Source: Dudresnaya verticillata
Taxonomy: Eukaryota
Length of the DNA: 64,000 nt
Assembly: GCA_977862235.1 (NCBI GenBank)
Contig: OZ374561.1
Span: 1,922,001 to 1,986,000 of the forward strand
Direction of reading: 5' to 3'
Shown here: positions 35,997-49,400 of the stretch, piece after piece
Layout: the number at the start of each line of letters is the position of its first letter
Position numbering within the stretch: the stretch's first letter is position 1
Position numbers and translations under genes: made by a program
Notes under the pieces: generated by a model
What the model saw: the letters and a program-made list of their open reading frames with translations, nothing else
Databases searched by the model: none
Told to the model about the DNA's origin: nothing

Positions 35997-37580
35997 ATGG
36001 GGCGAGATGCAACTATCCCCAACGGAGTTTTGCGCTCACGGCCGCCTTTTGCGGCGATGTACCTCCGGGCTCGTCAAATCATGCGAAGAAAGTTTCGCCG
36101 CTTGGCCAATTCGTGCTACACCCCGTACGCAAACTATCGGCAGATAGGCCTGGTCTTCGTCGTGTGTATTGTTATCTGCACGCTCATATATTCATCTGCG
36201 TCAATGATCTTCCCGGATGCCGCCACGTTTGACGACGTCGCGGACATGCGCTTGATTGCAGAAGAGGACGAGGCTTTCGTCATTCGGAAACGCAACGAGA
36301 CGGCCCAGGAAGTCGGTGACCCGTTTCGAGATCTCAATGCCACTGATATCCACGACAGCAGGCTCGCATGGGACTATATCTATGGTGAAATTGTTCGGAA
36401 GCCGGTCCAACCAGTGTTGACCAAGTACAAGACTCGTCTTCTGCGTGAGTTGTTCAAGCGTACCCATTATACCATGATGAGGAAGTATGCTCCAGCTTTG
36501 GACGTTTCTTGCAATTACCTCAACGCCATTGGCGATAAGGGCTCTCTGCATGCTTTCACGTGCTCTGACACCTCTCACAGGTGTCCAGACGGAACGTTCT
36601 CATGGCAAGCAGTCTACGCTCCGAAGGAGGGTTCTTCTGTCACATGGGGAAATGTTGTCATCATGCTCATGGTATCTCCAGGGCGAGAACCATACATAGA
36701 AGCGGCAGCAGAAACATGGATTTCTCGTCTACATCCCGATGCCACGTTATTTTTTGCCCGCGATGGTGCAGAGCCGGAGCTCCCTGGGTCGATCGTTGCT
36801 CGTCCAAACACAGTTATATTCGACTACCCCGGCCCGTTTGGTTTAGAATCTCTTGATTTCAAAGCGTTTCAATCACTCTCGGAAGCATACAGAGTGTTCG
36901 CTTTGAAGGGTAAGAAGTACTTTCTCAAAATTGATGACGACTCTTTTCTCCTGGGGCATAACCTGATTCGGTTCCTGAACAAGGTTGAGCACTGGTTCAC
37001 TGGAAGGGAACAAGCGATATATTTTGGCCATCCGTTCTGTGGACATGGAGATCTCGAAGCACTTGGCTATGCCACTTGGTGCTACGCCGGAGGTGGCGCC
37101 TATGGCCTGAGTATTGAGGCACTCCAGATTCTAGTGACGCAGATCAAGGGAGGTTGCGAATACTTTTACGACTATGTGGCAAAAGCTCCAGATCTGCGCC
37201 CGGCTAATGATAGATACGGAGGGCGATACGAGGATGTCATGGTTGGAAGATGTCTCCGTCAGGCACGAACTCGAAGGCAAGAGCGGGGGACTTCGCTGCT
37301 GGCATGCGGCAGCTTCTTTCCGTATGCACCATTACATTACTACAAAACTTTTGGGAATAGCATGGAGGCGATGTGTAGGAAACTCCAGGGTGATGTCATC
37401 ACCATTCACAATGTAGAACCTTCTGCGATTCGATATCTGGACCACATAGTCTTTGAATATCCACTTGGTGGGGATTTCACGCCGTTTTCTCCAGACAACG
37501 AGAAGATACAAGAACTTATCGACATATGTGAAATGAACGAGAAGAAAATGTCCTGCGACTTGTCAAGAGTATCAATGTGA
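35997..37580 (+). CDS. GT31 / Fringe-like beta-1,3-glycosyltransferase, type II membrane protein
   Basis: TM IGLVFVVCIVICTLIY, FLKIDDDSF (DxD), YFGHPF, YAGGGAYGLS, YEDVMVGRCL. Start may instead be ATG 36057. Confidence 0.88.
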   Translation: MGRDATIPNGVLRSRPPFAAMYLRARQIMRRKFRRLANSCYTPYANYRQIGLVFVVCIVICTLIYSSASMIFPDAATFDDVADMRLIAEEDEAFVIRKRNETAQEVGDPFRDLNATDIHDSRLAWDYIYGEIVRKPVQPVLTKYKTRLLRELFKRTHYTMMRKYAPALDVSCNYLNAIGDKGSLHAFTCSDTSHRCPDGTFSWQAVYAPKEGSSVTWGNVVIMLMVSPGREPYIEAAAETWISRLHPDATLFFARDGAEPELPGSIVARPNTVIFDYPGPFGLESLDFKAFQSLSEAYRVFALKGKKYFLKIDDDSFLLGHNLIRFLNKVEHWFTGREQAIYFGHPFCGHGDLEALGYATWCYAGGGAYGLSIEALQILVTQIKGGCEYFYDYVAKAPDLRPANDRYGGRYEDVMVGRCLRQARTRRQERGTSLLACGSFFPYAPLHYYKTFGNSMEAMCRKLQGDVITIHNVEPSAIRYLDHIVFEYPLGGDFTPFSPDNEKIQELIDICEMNEKKMSCDLSRVSM

Positions 37581-37783
37581 TGCTGTTCGGTTTGCTTGTA
37601 ACTCGAGGAAACAGCCCCATCCGTGAATCGGTCGTCAGTGTTGAGGATGCGTTGCCCGAGGTTTGCGGGCGGCGAAAGCACTTCACAGGTTTATCATATT
37701 ATCCTACGCTTCGCGAGGACATGCGTATCATCTCAAGCTGCGCTACGATGTGCACATAAGAATTACAGACGAGTTCGATGGAA

Positions 37784-39211
37784 TCAGTACCCATACTTAT
37801 CCTCGAAGTACTCATCTGAGAACAAATCAACTTCGTCTTCCTGGTCTTCTGGCGTAACGCCATCCTCGCCCAACTTTTCTTCTTCTGCCGAGTCTTCTTG
37901 TCTTGCTAGCTCATGGACTTCCCGGTTGTCTTGAGCAGGTTGACTTGTAACATTTTCTACAGTACTCTGCAACGGAGAGCTGACATTTTCCTCTCGATCA
38001 ATGGCACTGGTCCGGACAGTTCCAGCATGAGCTACGTGTTCCGGCCGTGCTGTTGCTGCATCAGTTTGTGCAACAAGATCCTCTTCTTCGCCTTCTAGAA
38101 ACAAGAGTCTAAGTGAGATACGTGTTCCTTCCACCTGTAGAACTTCTACAGTAACTCCAGTTCCAATCTTCACAACCTCCTTCCAGTCCCACGTATGTCG
38201 AGAGCCCATTTCAGAGTAGTGAACTAGGCCATCAGTGGTAACACCTATATCCACAAACAATCCATACTTCACAACTTCCTTCACGATTCCTGTTCTCAGC
38301 TCCCCATTCGCAAGCGTTTCCGGCGAAGATCTCCTTTGCTTACGACGACGGGCTCGTTTTCTTTCAGATTGCTCCCTTTCAAGCTCCAAAATGTCTCGCT
38401 GAGTAGAATCGAAGAGAAGGAACGCATTCTTGACGTGAACTACCCGAGCGAATACCTCGATCTGGTCTCCAACACGAATAATATTGTCAACATCGTCTCG
38501 GATTGCGAGGTCAGCTTCACATGCCCATCCTTGCATAAATCGCTTTCTCGGTAGGAGACCTGTGCAAGGGACTACTCTTCCAGCTTTGCCCCAGCGGAAG
38601 AGATTGATGTCAACCACAGCACCGTAGAGCCCAGTCCCAACGACGCGACCATTGAACTTCTCCCCAAGCTGGACACTTTTCAGCATTCGGACCTCATCCT
38701 CCGATGGATGTGGATTCTCAGCAGGACGTAACCCTTTGCGCACTTCAATGCGGGCAGCAGGACGGTTTAGTTTGTGCACGTACACTGGGATAATACCGCC
38801 GATCTCATACTCCGGCGCAGAAGAACGAGCATGCTTTCGGTGGCGCAATCTCGCTCGCACGGACTTTCCCGTCAGAGTTGCAACCCCAATCTCCACCCAG
38901 GTGCTATCTGCTGGCCCAACATCGCAAACAGTTCCAATGAATTCATCCCCCACTGAAACGTCTGCGATGGAAGCAGCACCAGATCTCGCCGGTGGTCGCG
39001 GCTTCCTCCTTGCTCTCTTCTCAGTCTTCTTCTCACCGGTTTCTTCCTTCTCATTCTGCAGTGAACATTTTGACACAGATAGATTTCTTGCCGCAAGCCA
39101 TGGCGGTCTAAGCACAAGCGATGCTTGGAATGCTGCTGTTCCGTAAGAGCCCTCAAAGCGCATCGCAAACAGGCCTTCCTGAAATCCGCTCGTCTGCAAA
39201 GCAGCCCACAT
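37784..39211 (-). CDS. S1 RNA-binding domain protein (2-3 S1 repeats), possibly plastid-targeted
   Basis: S1 repeats FNGRVVGTGLYGAVVDI and RTGIVKEVVKYGLFVDIGVTTDGLVHYSEM; acidic tail. Start uncertain (39211 or 39163). Confidence 0.82.
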   Translation of the reverse strand: MWAALQTSGFQEGLFAMRFEGSYGTAAFQASLVLRPPWLAARNLSVSKCSLQNEKEETGEKKTEKRARRKPRPPARSGAASIADVSVGDEFIGTVCDVGPADSTWVEIGVATLTGKSVRARLRHRKHARSSAPEYEIGGIIPVYVHKLNRPAARIEVRKGLRPAENPHPSEDEVRMLKSVQLGEKFNGRVVGTGLYGAVVDINLFRWGKAGRVVPCTGLLPRKRFMQGWACEADLAIRDDVDNIIRVGDQIEVFARVVHVKNAFLLFDSTQRDILELEREQSERKRARRRKQRRSSPETLANGELRTGIVKEVVKYGLFVDIGVTTDGLVHYSEMGSRHTWDWKEVVKIGTGVTVEVLQVEGTRISLRLLFLEGEEEDLVAQTDAATARPEHVAHAGTVRTSAIDREENVSSPLQSTVENVTSQPAQDNREVHELARQEDSAEEEKLGEDGVTPEDQEDEVDLFSDEYFEDKYGY

Positions 39212-39732
39212 AAAGTGGTAAACGGAAAAGGAGACGCCAGTACTATTGTCAATTCAGATGACGTCAATGCTGGTTATCCACCTCTGCTCGTGGAACGCTC
39301 ACATGGGTGAATCGGCCCGTCTTGATCTCGCGGTCTACGGTAGGACTATTAATTTTGCTCGGCAGGTCTCCCAATTCACTGATTTTCGTTTGGTTCAGGC
39401 GCTTCCCGGGCCAAACACACCGAAACGTCAGTTCGATTTTCCACGCCACGACCCGTCATCCCAAGTGCGTGAGCTCAATCCCAGGTTGATCAGTGGTTCC
39501 GTCGGGCCGGAGCTTCCAAACAGTTGGGCGAAAGGAACTTCACGGCACAGCCGAACACAGAGGGGCAGATTCCGATGCCTCTTCTAGCTTATCTCTGTGT
39601 TATGAATTTGCTTCGCAGTTCCTATTTCATGTGCTAATGTTTCTGCTTCGTCGTCGCGGGGAAAGAGAGATATCTCAAACAGACTCACCGACTTCTTGTC
39701 GAGCGAACCGCGTGAGATTCTCATAGAAAGAG

Positions 39733-40722
39733 ATGCGGAATTCGCTAATGTTTATAGCGACGATATCTCGCGGGAACCTGCTGCCGAGACGAGTTGCTGC
39801 GAAGAGCGTAAGAAGAAAAGTTCTTGAGAAGGGCAACGCAGGTCGCCTCAGAATGACTGCCTCGCAACGCCAAGACAGGAGCATTCCAGAGTCGATCGAG
39901 GTTGGTGGATACCACATCTATGGCGTTTCTGTTGGTGCAGTCGAGACGTGTGTCTGCATTCCCTCATTGTCACTAGCTTTCGATGCTGGAAAATGCCCCC
40001 CGCGCGCTATTCCAATGCGCTATATGGCGATAACCCACGGTCATTGCGATCACATTCACGGGCTTCCCCTCCATCTAGCTACGAGAAGTCTCCAAAAGCT
40101 ACCTACTCCGAAATATTTCATTGCTCCAAGCATTCTTGGCGACGTAAAAGAGTTTGTAGGTTCTGTCGCCAAGCTTGAAAGAACCCCATTTCATTTTGAT
40201 GCGCATGGAATGGATCCGTCACACCCTGCTTTTGAATTGAAACCTGGCTGGTTTCTTAAGTCCTTCGAGACGATACACACAGTCCCCTCGCAAGGATATG
40301 TAGTATTGAAGTCGAAGAAAAAGCTAAAGCGCAATTTTGTGGGCTTGTCAGGAAGCGAACTATCAAGACTGCGAAAGAGTGGTGTTGTCATGGAAGAAAC
40401 GTTGAAGGTACCTGAAATCGCCTTTACAGGTGATACAACCCTAGAAGGAATTGCATCTTCTGCTGAATGCAGAGAAGCGCGAATTCTGATCACCGAAATG
40501 ACCTTCATAGACGGCTCTTGTTCTGCCGAGGATGCGAAACAATTTGGCCACATCCACATTGATGAAGTTATCGAGAGAAAGGAGATATTCAGTAAGAATC
40601 AGTACATCGTTTTCACGCATTTCAGCGCAAGGTATTCCAAGGAGGACATCCGAAGCGCACTTTTGAAACTACCACGTGGTCTCAGGCAGAAGAGCGTGGC
40701 CCTGGGCATAACAACGACATAG
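39733..40722 (+). CDS. tRNase Z, short form (TM-type, TRZ1/TRZ2-like)
   Basis: SVGAVETC, FDAG, HGHCDH (HxHxDH), HTVPSQGY, KL motif KKLK..LSGSELSRLRK, IAFTGDT, EMTF, HFSARY. Confidence 0.92.
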   Translation: MRNSLMFIATISRGNLLPRRVAAKSVRRKVLEKGNAGRLRMTASQRQDRSIPESIEVGGYHIYGVSVGAVETCVCIPSLSLAFDAGKCPPRAIPMRYMAITHGHCDHIHGLPLHLATRSLQKLPTPKYFIAPSILGDVKEFVGSVAKLERTPFHFDAHGMDPSHPAFELKPGWFLKSFETIHTVPSQGYVVLKSKKKLKRNFVGLSGSELSRLRKSGVVMEETLKVPEIAFTGDTTLEGIASSAECREARILITEMTFIDGSCSAEDAKQFGHIHIDEVIERKEIFSKNQYIVFTHFSARYSKEDIRSALLKLPRGLRQKSVALGITTT

Positions 40723-42524
40723 GGAGGATCGCCATCAATACCAAACTGGCAAGACTACGAGTACTTTCGCAGACTCATAACGAAATGAAGTGCGACTGTG
40801 GTAGGCAGGCAGAAGAATCGGAGAAATTCAGCAGTTGCCAAGATACTCTAATGTAGTTGTTGTTCTGCTAACCGCGAGTGGGACGGCATGTTTTTGACCG
40901 TGCGCCAACAGGCGAGCGATGTGAATCCGGCGTGACTATGACTCCAGTCCAGACTCAATATCTAGGCTTCAAAACATCCTTGATGTTCTCACACAGTAAT
41001 GCATCAGAGCCAATGTCCTGAGGGTTTTGTGGACGCTCTTAGGCCCAAATTACTCGTTGTCATTCAATGATGCATAGTTAGACCCGACACCACTGCTATC
41101 TCCGGGGCTCTAATTTATCGAACCGCAAAGCACTGCACTTCACACCGCCCGAGTAACGCTACCAGCGTATGTTCTAGAGGTCTCCGGTGTTAGGAACAGC
41201 TCGTCGCACTGGCCTTAGCGTAGAAAAGGGAACTGAACAACTCAAACAGTGGATGTTTGAGACACTGGGACAGGGCTCCATCACAGCGTCGAGCATTGAG
41301 GGGGAGCGAGGAGGCGTACCCCTGAGAGTCTCAGGCTGGGACTACCACACTGGTTTGTTGCCACAACTCGGCAGAGAGGTCCTCCAAAGGTAACAGGCAA
41401 CCCACAGGCAACCTCATGCGCGGACTCATTACTGTACTTCCGCCAACTTCACTTAATAGCACACGCGTCGACACGCGGCGACATGAGAGTGGAATCAAAT
41501 TCTGCTCACTAATCCAACGATGACCACACAACCGCTGACTGTCTTACGAACTAGTTAACCACCTTGCAATATCTTTGTGTATCTAAAGAGTTGAAGGAAT
41601 CTCTGTCTGTGTCTAGCGCCTGACGGAGTGATGTAAGCCCACACAGCAAATAGAGAAGTTGACAATGCAACTGTTGTATCACTGTTTTCATAATAACTAT
41701 TTGCACTCCAAACTACACGGAGTAACGATGCTTTGGGAACGAAATGATCACACAATCAGCCTTGCAGTGCATGTTTCTCCGTTCAGTTGAGATTGCATCA
41801 TGCATGCGTATCATACGCTTGTTGACAGTTGTCCCCAGTTTGTTTCATAAAGGGACTTCTGCTGAAGGCGGAGTGTCGCGAATTTGCACTGCAGATGAGC
41901 ATTCCTGTTCTCGAAGACGGCCACGGATCAGATAGCTAAATCTGTACTTCGGTTTGCCTGTCATCCTTGAGCGAGAAGGCTTGCCTTGTCGCACAAGTCT
42001 TCTCTTCATGATGCCCATGACGGATTCTGCCCTTACAACATCACCACAAGTCGAGCAGCGCAAAACGTGTATTGCCAGCAGCGCTGAATATTGTATTGTA
42101 CGAAAAATGAAGGGGCTCTTTCATCGTTGTGTTTTCACCACCATGAGTGGATTCCCCTTCTTGTTGTATCCATCCTATTGTCTGAAGAGAAACAATTCGT
42201 CTCATATCTACGTTTCTGCACATTATGCTCGTGCTGGAATTGCATGGCTTCCAAAAATCGAGCAGCTCTGCCCAAACCACCGAGACTATCCCGTATGCTT
42301 TGGTAGCGACGAGAACACTAAAGGCACAAGTGTCCACTCTGTTTCCTCCAGCGCCAACGCCTATAAATGCTGAAGAGTGGGTCCCCAAGCACTGCAAGAT
42401 TCAGGTCAACTTGAACTGCAGAACAACCGCTGTGGAACTTTCCGTTTGTCGGCCTTCTTGTGCTTCCGTGTTTTGAAGAACATCTTTCATCGCCCATCAG
42501 AAGATCTTGTCGAGAGTTACCAAA

Positions 42525-42719
42525 ATGGAGGGTCAGCAAGAATCAAAGAACGGAGGGGGGAGTGCGAAGAATGGGAACGGAAATGGGAAGAATGGGAAGG
42601 ATTCCACGAGCAAAGATAAGAAGAAGAACCCAAACCCTGACCCAAATCCGAGGATACCTCCCGGGCAGCCTGTCCCAGCTGCTCAAGACAGTGAGAAAAA
42701 GGATGAGAAAAAGGCATAA
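42525..42719 (+). CDS. Micro-ORF A (64 aa, Lys/Gly/Asn/Pro-rich), putative small-peptide family member
   Basis: caaaATG context, TATAAA at 42362-42367. Shares KNG..DKK..(xP)n..PAA with ORFs at 46339 and 50598. Confidence 0.55.
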   Translation: MEGQQESKNGGGSAKNGNGNGKNGKDSTSKDKKKNPNPDPNPRIPPGQPVPAAQDSEKKDEKKA

Positions 42720-45700
42720 CCGAACGCAAGGAAACTTCCGACGTTCGACCGTCAACTGTCCCAAAACATGTCACAACAAGCCCCCCGCCTTAAGTAGCGT
42801 TCTCTACGAATAACAAATGGAAAAATGCATTATTCGTGAGACATCTTCGCTCCCACTCCATGCGCAAGTCTAAGCCTGTTTCAAGAGCTAATGAAGCTTC
42901 TCTCATCTTGTTATGGACCTTTTTTCTTCGAAATGACTAGAAGCTTTTTCCATGCCTGTAGCCAGAAAGCCAGTGCTATAAACACACATTCCGCGTCCCC
43001 ACATTATCTGACAGCACTTCAAAAAAAGTACAGTAAACAAGACTAAGTTGCAGACAGATACATTGAGCTTTTGAACATCAGAGTCGCCCCCGAAAATGGG
43101 GTTTGTCCCCTTGCTCCAACTCACGCTACATGTGGCGAGTCGAAGAAGATCCGCAATTGACTCTTGGGTTTTCTAACTTGTTTTGAGACTTGTGGATACT
43201 TGCGATATGACTGATAGAGAGCTACAAGATAGGGCTGTTTCGAGAGTAGTGCTGAGTTGTAAGTGGTGCAAAACGTTAGGCAGATGGGTTAAGTTTGCAA
43301 CGCATCGCCAGCGCCTTGCTTGTTCAGACAAGGGGACCAGGAGGGATTGCAAAACGCAACCCGCACCAATTTGTTAGTAGAAAATGCCCGGGAGGTGGCA
43401 GAATGCGCCCAGAACAGGCTGCTAAGGAGGCAACGCAAATCCGGTCCATTTGTCACAACAGCACACTTCGCCTTCTTTCGATCTTATGATACAATTTTCC
43501 ACCCACAACATACATTTGCATATCCCATCACTTTGTGGAATTTTCTTCTACATCTCTTAAGCTCCTGTCAAAGAGCCTTTTTGCAAAAATGTAATGTTAT
43601 CTGGTCTCTCCGATATATGCGGGAGGATTGATCCGTTCGAAAGCTTTGGAATTTCGAACTCTCAGGCATCGCCCAGCCTGTATACCCTGAAATCACCCGA
43701 AGCTAGGGGCCTTCTGACTCTTACAGCACACCTGTGTACACACAGTCAATAGTCCTGAGGCTGTAGCCGAGTTTTTTGCAATATGGAGTAGCTAATCTCT
43801 GAAAATGTGCTCAGCTGGGAGCGACAAATCTCACAACGCAATGGCAGTCAATATGACACTGTCTAGAAACGATAGAGGTTTTAATGGTTGTCCACTCACG
43901 CTGATCCGTACGGTACATCTGTAATCACACAGTGCAATCTCTTGCTTAACTGCTAGTAGTAGTGCACGGCTGTGCGCTTGAGAAATACAGACTCATTGGT
44001 ACTCGTATGAGATGCTAGCAATACAGTGTTAGTAGCTCTATTCTAGTCTGGTATTTGAGTTCAAACATAGTTCTCTTCAGCACTACTTGCGGACGCGCAA
44101 GGCATTTCATCCCTGAATAGCTGTCATTGCTGAGGATAGCACTTATCCAGTGTCGACTGAGGGAGTGAAGCTCAGCACATTTGTTCTCAGAATCAGAGAG
44201 GATCACAATTTGTTTATTGATACATCGTCCCAGTGGTGAGCTACACTGTGTTATTATCTGTGTAATTGTTTTCCCAGTGCAGAAATAGTAGTTGTATCGT
44301 CGATGCCCATCGTGCCTGTGCCTGTTCACGATGTTCATCGGCGATACAACTACTATTGCTGCACTGGAAAACAACAAGTAGTTACACCAACACTCAGCCA
44401 ATGTTTGCAGTACGGTTATTAGCTTTAAAATTCCATGGAAGTCTCCACTTAATCCCTGAAGCTACACACGCAATGTGAGCGTACGTTGGACATTTCTTCA
44501 GCAACAAACTCATAGACGTAGCATTGGCAAACATCGCAGCTACACCCAGAAAGGAAGTTCCCAGAGAAACGCGGACAAAATGGTTCGAATCGACGTCTGC
44601 GAATGCTTCTTTCTGAAATGGAAGAGGTGAAGGATAATGGCTCAATGGAAGGTGAGAATGCGATTGAGATACTGGTATGGGAAGACCTTGAATCCGTTTA
44701 CGTGTGCGCTTGATTACGCCTTACTGGAACCAAGAGTATACGTTTAAGAGTGGTTCTACCCCCCTGTCTTGCGTAAGCCACACTCAATAGCTATATTCAA
44801 AGAGACAACGATACGAGACCACGGCATGCCAAAATAAATGCGGTGCCAGTGAAGCAAGAAACTTGCAGGTTGAGAGAAAGTCATTGACAGCGGAGAATGT
44901 GACTGTTTGTATTTGGTTAGGTAAGCCGACAGGCGTACGAACTTTTCTTCTGGAAGTTGTTCCGCCCACCGCAGATGACGCAAGTTCTGAAGAGAAGCGG
45001 CTCACGTAGCATGCGGCTTCGATTTTCAATGCAGTCTGCCTCTACGGCGATGGAGCCGCGAACAATGCACAATCTCCGTTTTTTTAAAATAAATGCGCCA
45101 TATTCGGCTGTACAGAACGGTGTGGATGAGCAGCGGATGCGCCGTGTCCCAATAAGCAATCAGCTGAGATTACGTTACAGTACAGTACAACACTACAAAC
45201 ACAGATTTCCAAACGCCGTGAGTGTCACGCCGTGCCGTGTTGTGCAGTCTGCGTGAAACAAGTGCTCGTATCCTTTGCCAGTCTTTTAAACTTACAACAG
45301 GTGCTGTTGGGAGCTAGGGCCTCTCTGTTTCACCCTTGATGAAGTTGTATACCAATCCAGCTCCGAAATCTTGAAGTTTGGCCTCAAACAACGTTTCCCA
45401 CAGATAGAGAAGCTCTTATTGTCCTTTCTTTGTAGATAAAGTCATCCCCAACATCCCGAAATGGGGCCCATAATTTTCTATACAGCCAGAAGGATTAACC
45501 AAAGCTCCATTCATTCGACAGAATTCTCAACTGTCGTCAGAAGTCCAACTATTTTCCATTTGCATCACCCCATACAAAGCTACTAGCATTTAAAATATCA
45601 CATTCCTAGAGCTCTACTGAATAAAAAAAAAGTTACAGCTGTTCCACTGTTCTGAACCACTATACGAGTACTCAATAATCCTATTTGTTTGAATTTTACG

Positions 45701-46338
45701 GATATTAAGCAACGAAAATCACATCCTCTGCTCTCAGCTACTTAGTAGGAGCAGAAAGAACCATTCCACGATTATTTTCAACAAACTGCTGTGAATCGCA
45801 TCTTTCAGACAAAGAGTACCCGAACGCTGAGCTCCTATGTACTCACAGAATATACTTAGAATGTAAGTCTATTTTTCTTATATGGGCATGACAACAAACT
45901 CTTTTAGAGCCCAGATAAGAGCGAACTCAGAATAGCAGATTTGATAATAAAATAAACCCAAGTGTAAACATGCTTCTCCTTCCTATGCGTCGATGAAATT
46001 TTGTCTTTGGCATCCATATTTCCTTTAGGAATTTCGAGTTTTCTATCAGTTCAACACGTGGTTCACAACAAGCGTGTTGGAATATCGAAAAGCCTGGTCA
46101 TCAGAAACGCTCACCTCCTGTAATATGGAAGATGAACTGTGCTCTTCAGGTCTACTTAAGCGGAATTTCCAGAGCGCTCTAGTCCGATTCAATGCAACCT
46201 CAATCGTAGAGCTCATCATCAACATTGGTGCAGCCAGCTTCGATAACAAGTGCTTGCTTCTTCCCACAGCTGTCAGCTTTTGAAACTAGAAAGCGTTCCA
46301 CAGCAAGCTGCCGCGGTTACATACCAAAACGATTGGAT

Positions 46339-46473
46339 ATGACAGCCTACTACATCACTGGAAAAGGCCAATCAAATGGCGACGACAAGAAGAATGGGGA
46401 TGGAAAAAAGGATAAGAAACCGACAAAGCCGAAGCCGAGGCCTGGGCCGAATCCTGCTGCAAAGCGTGACTAG
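46339..46473 (+). CDS. Micro-ORF B (44 aa), putative small-peptide family member
   Basis: MTAYYITGKGQSNGDDKKNGDGKKDKKPTKPKPRPGPNPAAKRD; same motif order as A and C. Confidence 0.45.
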   Translation: MTAYYITGKGQSNGDDKKNGDGKKDKKPTKPKPRPGPNPAAKRD

Positions 46474-49400
46474 CATTTTCGACTAGCGTTTTCAACATGT
46501 TAGATTGGAATGAATACGACTGAGGCATGCAATTAGCTCTCAAGAACGCGAAGGGTGGAAAACTTGAAAGATGGATCAGGAGTTCAAAGCATTTCATTCC
46601 TCAAGCTGCAAACTGAAATTTGTGGTCTCTTGACTTCGAGATGCTGACAATGAATGATATGGAGAGATGATCACAATGCTAGTGCTAGAAGGTGACCAGG
46701 GACTTGTCCGTAGAAACAATTGCTTTGTTGCTGCTATCCCATGCTGTCATTTAATAAAAAACATCTCACAATTCAATATTTTGAGCTTGCCTTGAACCAA
46801 AGGAGTAGTTTTATGTGACAACTCCGCAACGATATGCTTCCAGTAATAGATCAAACAGATCCAGACTGATTGACCGACTTACTGGATGTGAGCAATTCAT
46901 TATCAGCAGAAGCTTTCATGATAGAGCTAGAGTGGTCTTAACCGAAGAGCTGTGTCAGGGATTGGTTAACTGCTTGAATCGAAGCAAAAACAGGGAAGGG
47001 GCCTTATTACATGGAAGACCCTTCAACGAAGATATCTACTGCTTGTGCTTCGCTGAAGAAATGTAGTACAGTACCTCCACGTGAAATATCTTAGATGGGT
47101 CTGTTTCTCTTGACCAAGTGGCCAGCACGTTATCTCAGACTATTGCAATTAGAATAGAGGTAAAATGGCTTATTTACCAGGTCCGGGGTCCAAACTGCTT
47201 GGAGTGTGATGTACAGCTAGAAAAACCGTCGTCTTCACAGATAGTCATAACACTTTTGGTAGGGAAGGTGCTTGCAAAGTTGGATTCGGAAAGTGTCCAG
47301 TTGTGGTCTCGTTAGTATATTTCTCATGTATTTTGTCTGATCGTAAAATTGCTGGCATTTTCTGCTGAGTACAGGAAAAGAATTCTATCCTATGGTAAAT
47401 GTGTTGCTCAGTTCTATTTCAGTTACAACATCCTCGCATATGTTCTTTTGTATTGCATAATTTGCAACCGAATAAAAGTATTGAATCAATAGAGCTTAAC
47501 AAAACGAATGAAGGCACGTCGGGATAGTTCTACAATAGTGTGGGATTCAGATATTCTTATTGCGACGCGAGGATCGCGTTATTTTGTCCTAAGTTGAGCA
47601 CTGGATTCACTCCTCTATCGGATCCACTTCAGCTTAATTAACAATAAAGGTATCAGCACTGAGTGGTTCAGTGGTGTGTAACTTGAAGTTTGTCAAGCTT
47701 GCGTGGATGGGTTAATAAATGCATCTGTAGTTTGTCGACCTGAATAGGGGTATCGACAGGCGTACATAGTGACTTATGTGGCACACAACGCTATGAAACT
47801 TTCAGAAATGGGAATCCCGACACTGGGATGATTTGTCATATTCGGGATATTAAAGATGGCCCGGGGACAGGAAAGCAATAAAATGGAGTAGCAAAGAGCG
47901 TGTTGGTTGTTCGTAATAAAATAGGACGACCGACGACCGAACGCCCTGCGGCTTGGGCGCAGGACCGTGGTACTTGATGCCTCGGGCATGGCACCTCGTC
48001 TCACTGACAATATACGTACTAGATGCTACTTGCGTACTTGTTCAAGGACATGCGGGAGTTAATACGCAAAACTGTGAAATTGGGGTACTGTTATCACAAC
48101 TGTATAATAGGCTGCGATGTACAGCTTTTGGCTTACCATTTGCGGGCAGAAATTTGGCCACAAGAATGAATATATTGCCAAGGACACAACACTGATTCAG
48201 GAAGGCCTTGTGGCCCAGGATCGTATTGTTCGTCATTGAAACAACGTCATGTTGTAGTTGTTCTCCTGTATAAAGTCATTATTAAAACTTGTAAACGTTA
48301 AACGACGTAACGGTGACCAAACCAACTGCTGTTAGGTAAGGACGAATATCGTCTCGGACGTTTACTATATCAATGTGTCGTCACTGACAACTTGACGGTT
48401 TGTCTTGGTTGGACACACAGCAAGTGGGAGCATTGTGAATATAGGCGCAGCACATTGGCTGCTGCGAGTTGCGCATGTGAGGGACTGGACCGAAACGTTG
48501 TTCGCTTACCCCATGCCAATGCTAGCAGTTTCTCAGCCATGCTCTGGGCAGCCTGCATAGCAGATAGGCAGGGCCATCTCAGAAGCGCGATGGAACAACG
48601 TACATTGAGCGCGGTGCGGCAAAAGGCAAAGCGGGGCGCATTGAAGTTGAGGTGCCCTCCCTAGAGCCGCGACGAAGCATTGTTGACATGTGGTCCTGCG
48701 CGGGTTTTGAAATGGCGCAATGGACGTGATAGCAGAAATATCTCGAACCAATGCGCGCGGCGCACGAAGGTTTATTCGAATAAAAAGTATTTTCCCGCGA
48801 CTGCGTGCGGACCGCAGGGTGGGCCAGAGGAGGGATGAAGCTTTACTGCACGGCAGCGCTTGCGTTGCAGTACAGTCCAGGGATATTGGACTGTCACACC
48901 GTCTGAGCGCGGAATCGCCAGTGCTGTGGTGGCGTTCCGGGTTTGGTAACGTGCGGCCGCATGTGAGCACGATAGTTGGATTTAGCAAAATTGATCGTCA
49001 CAGGAGCGCGGCGTTTTTTTTTTTTTTTTTTGTGGCGGAAGGACCCAAAATGGGCTTGGTTGTGTCACAGCTTGTTTGGTGCTATCATTGTGTAGTTTCT
49101 TGCGTCTGGTCTTTCTTTGGCCCCGAAGCAATTGCCGAGCTCTGAGAGAGTCGGGTCGGGGCAAACTGCGATGTGCAGCGTCCATGCGTTGTGCAGCTGT
49201 AAAATGCACACAAGATGCGCAAAGCTATCGCACGTTTCCGGCCGCTGTTTTGGCCCTTGAAGGTTAGTTAATGACTGAGATCCTGTCTGCAACACAGACC
49301 TGAGTTGCGTGCTGTAGAGATATGTTCGTGTGGCTAACACGCGATTTGTGCGTTGCAGCATTCCGCACAGAGCACTCTGAGAGTGGACGCTTTTCACGGG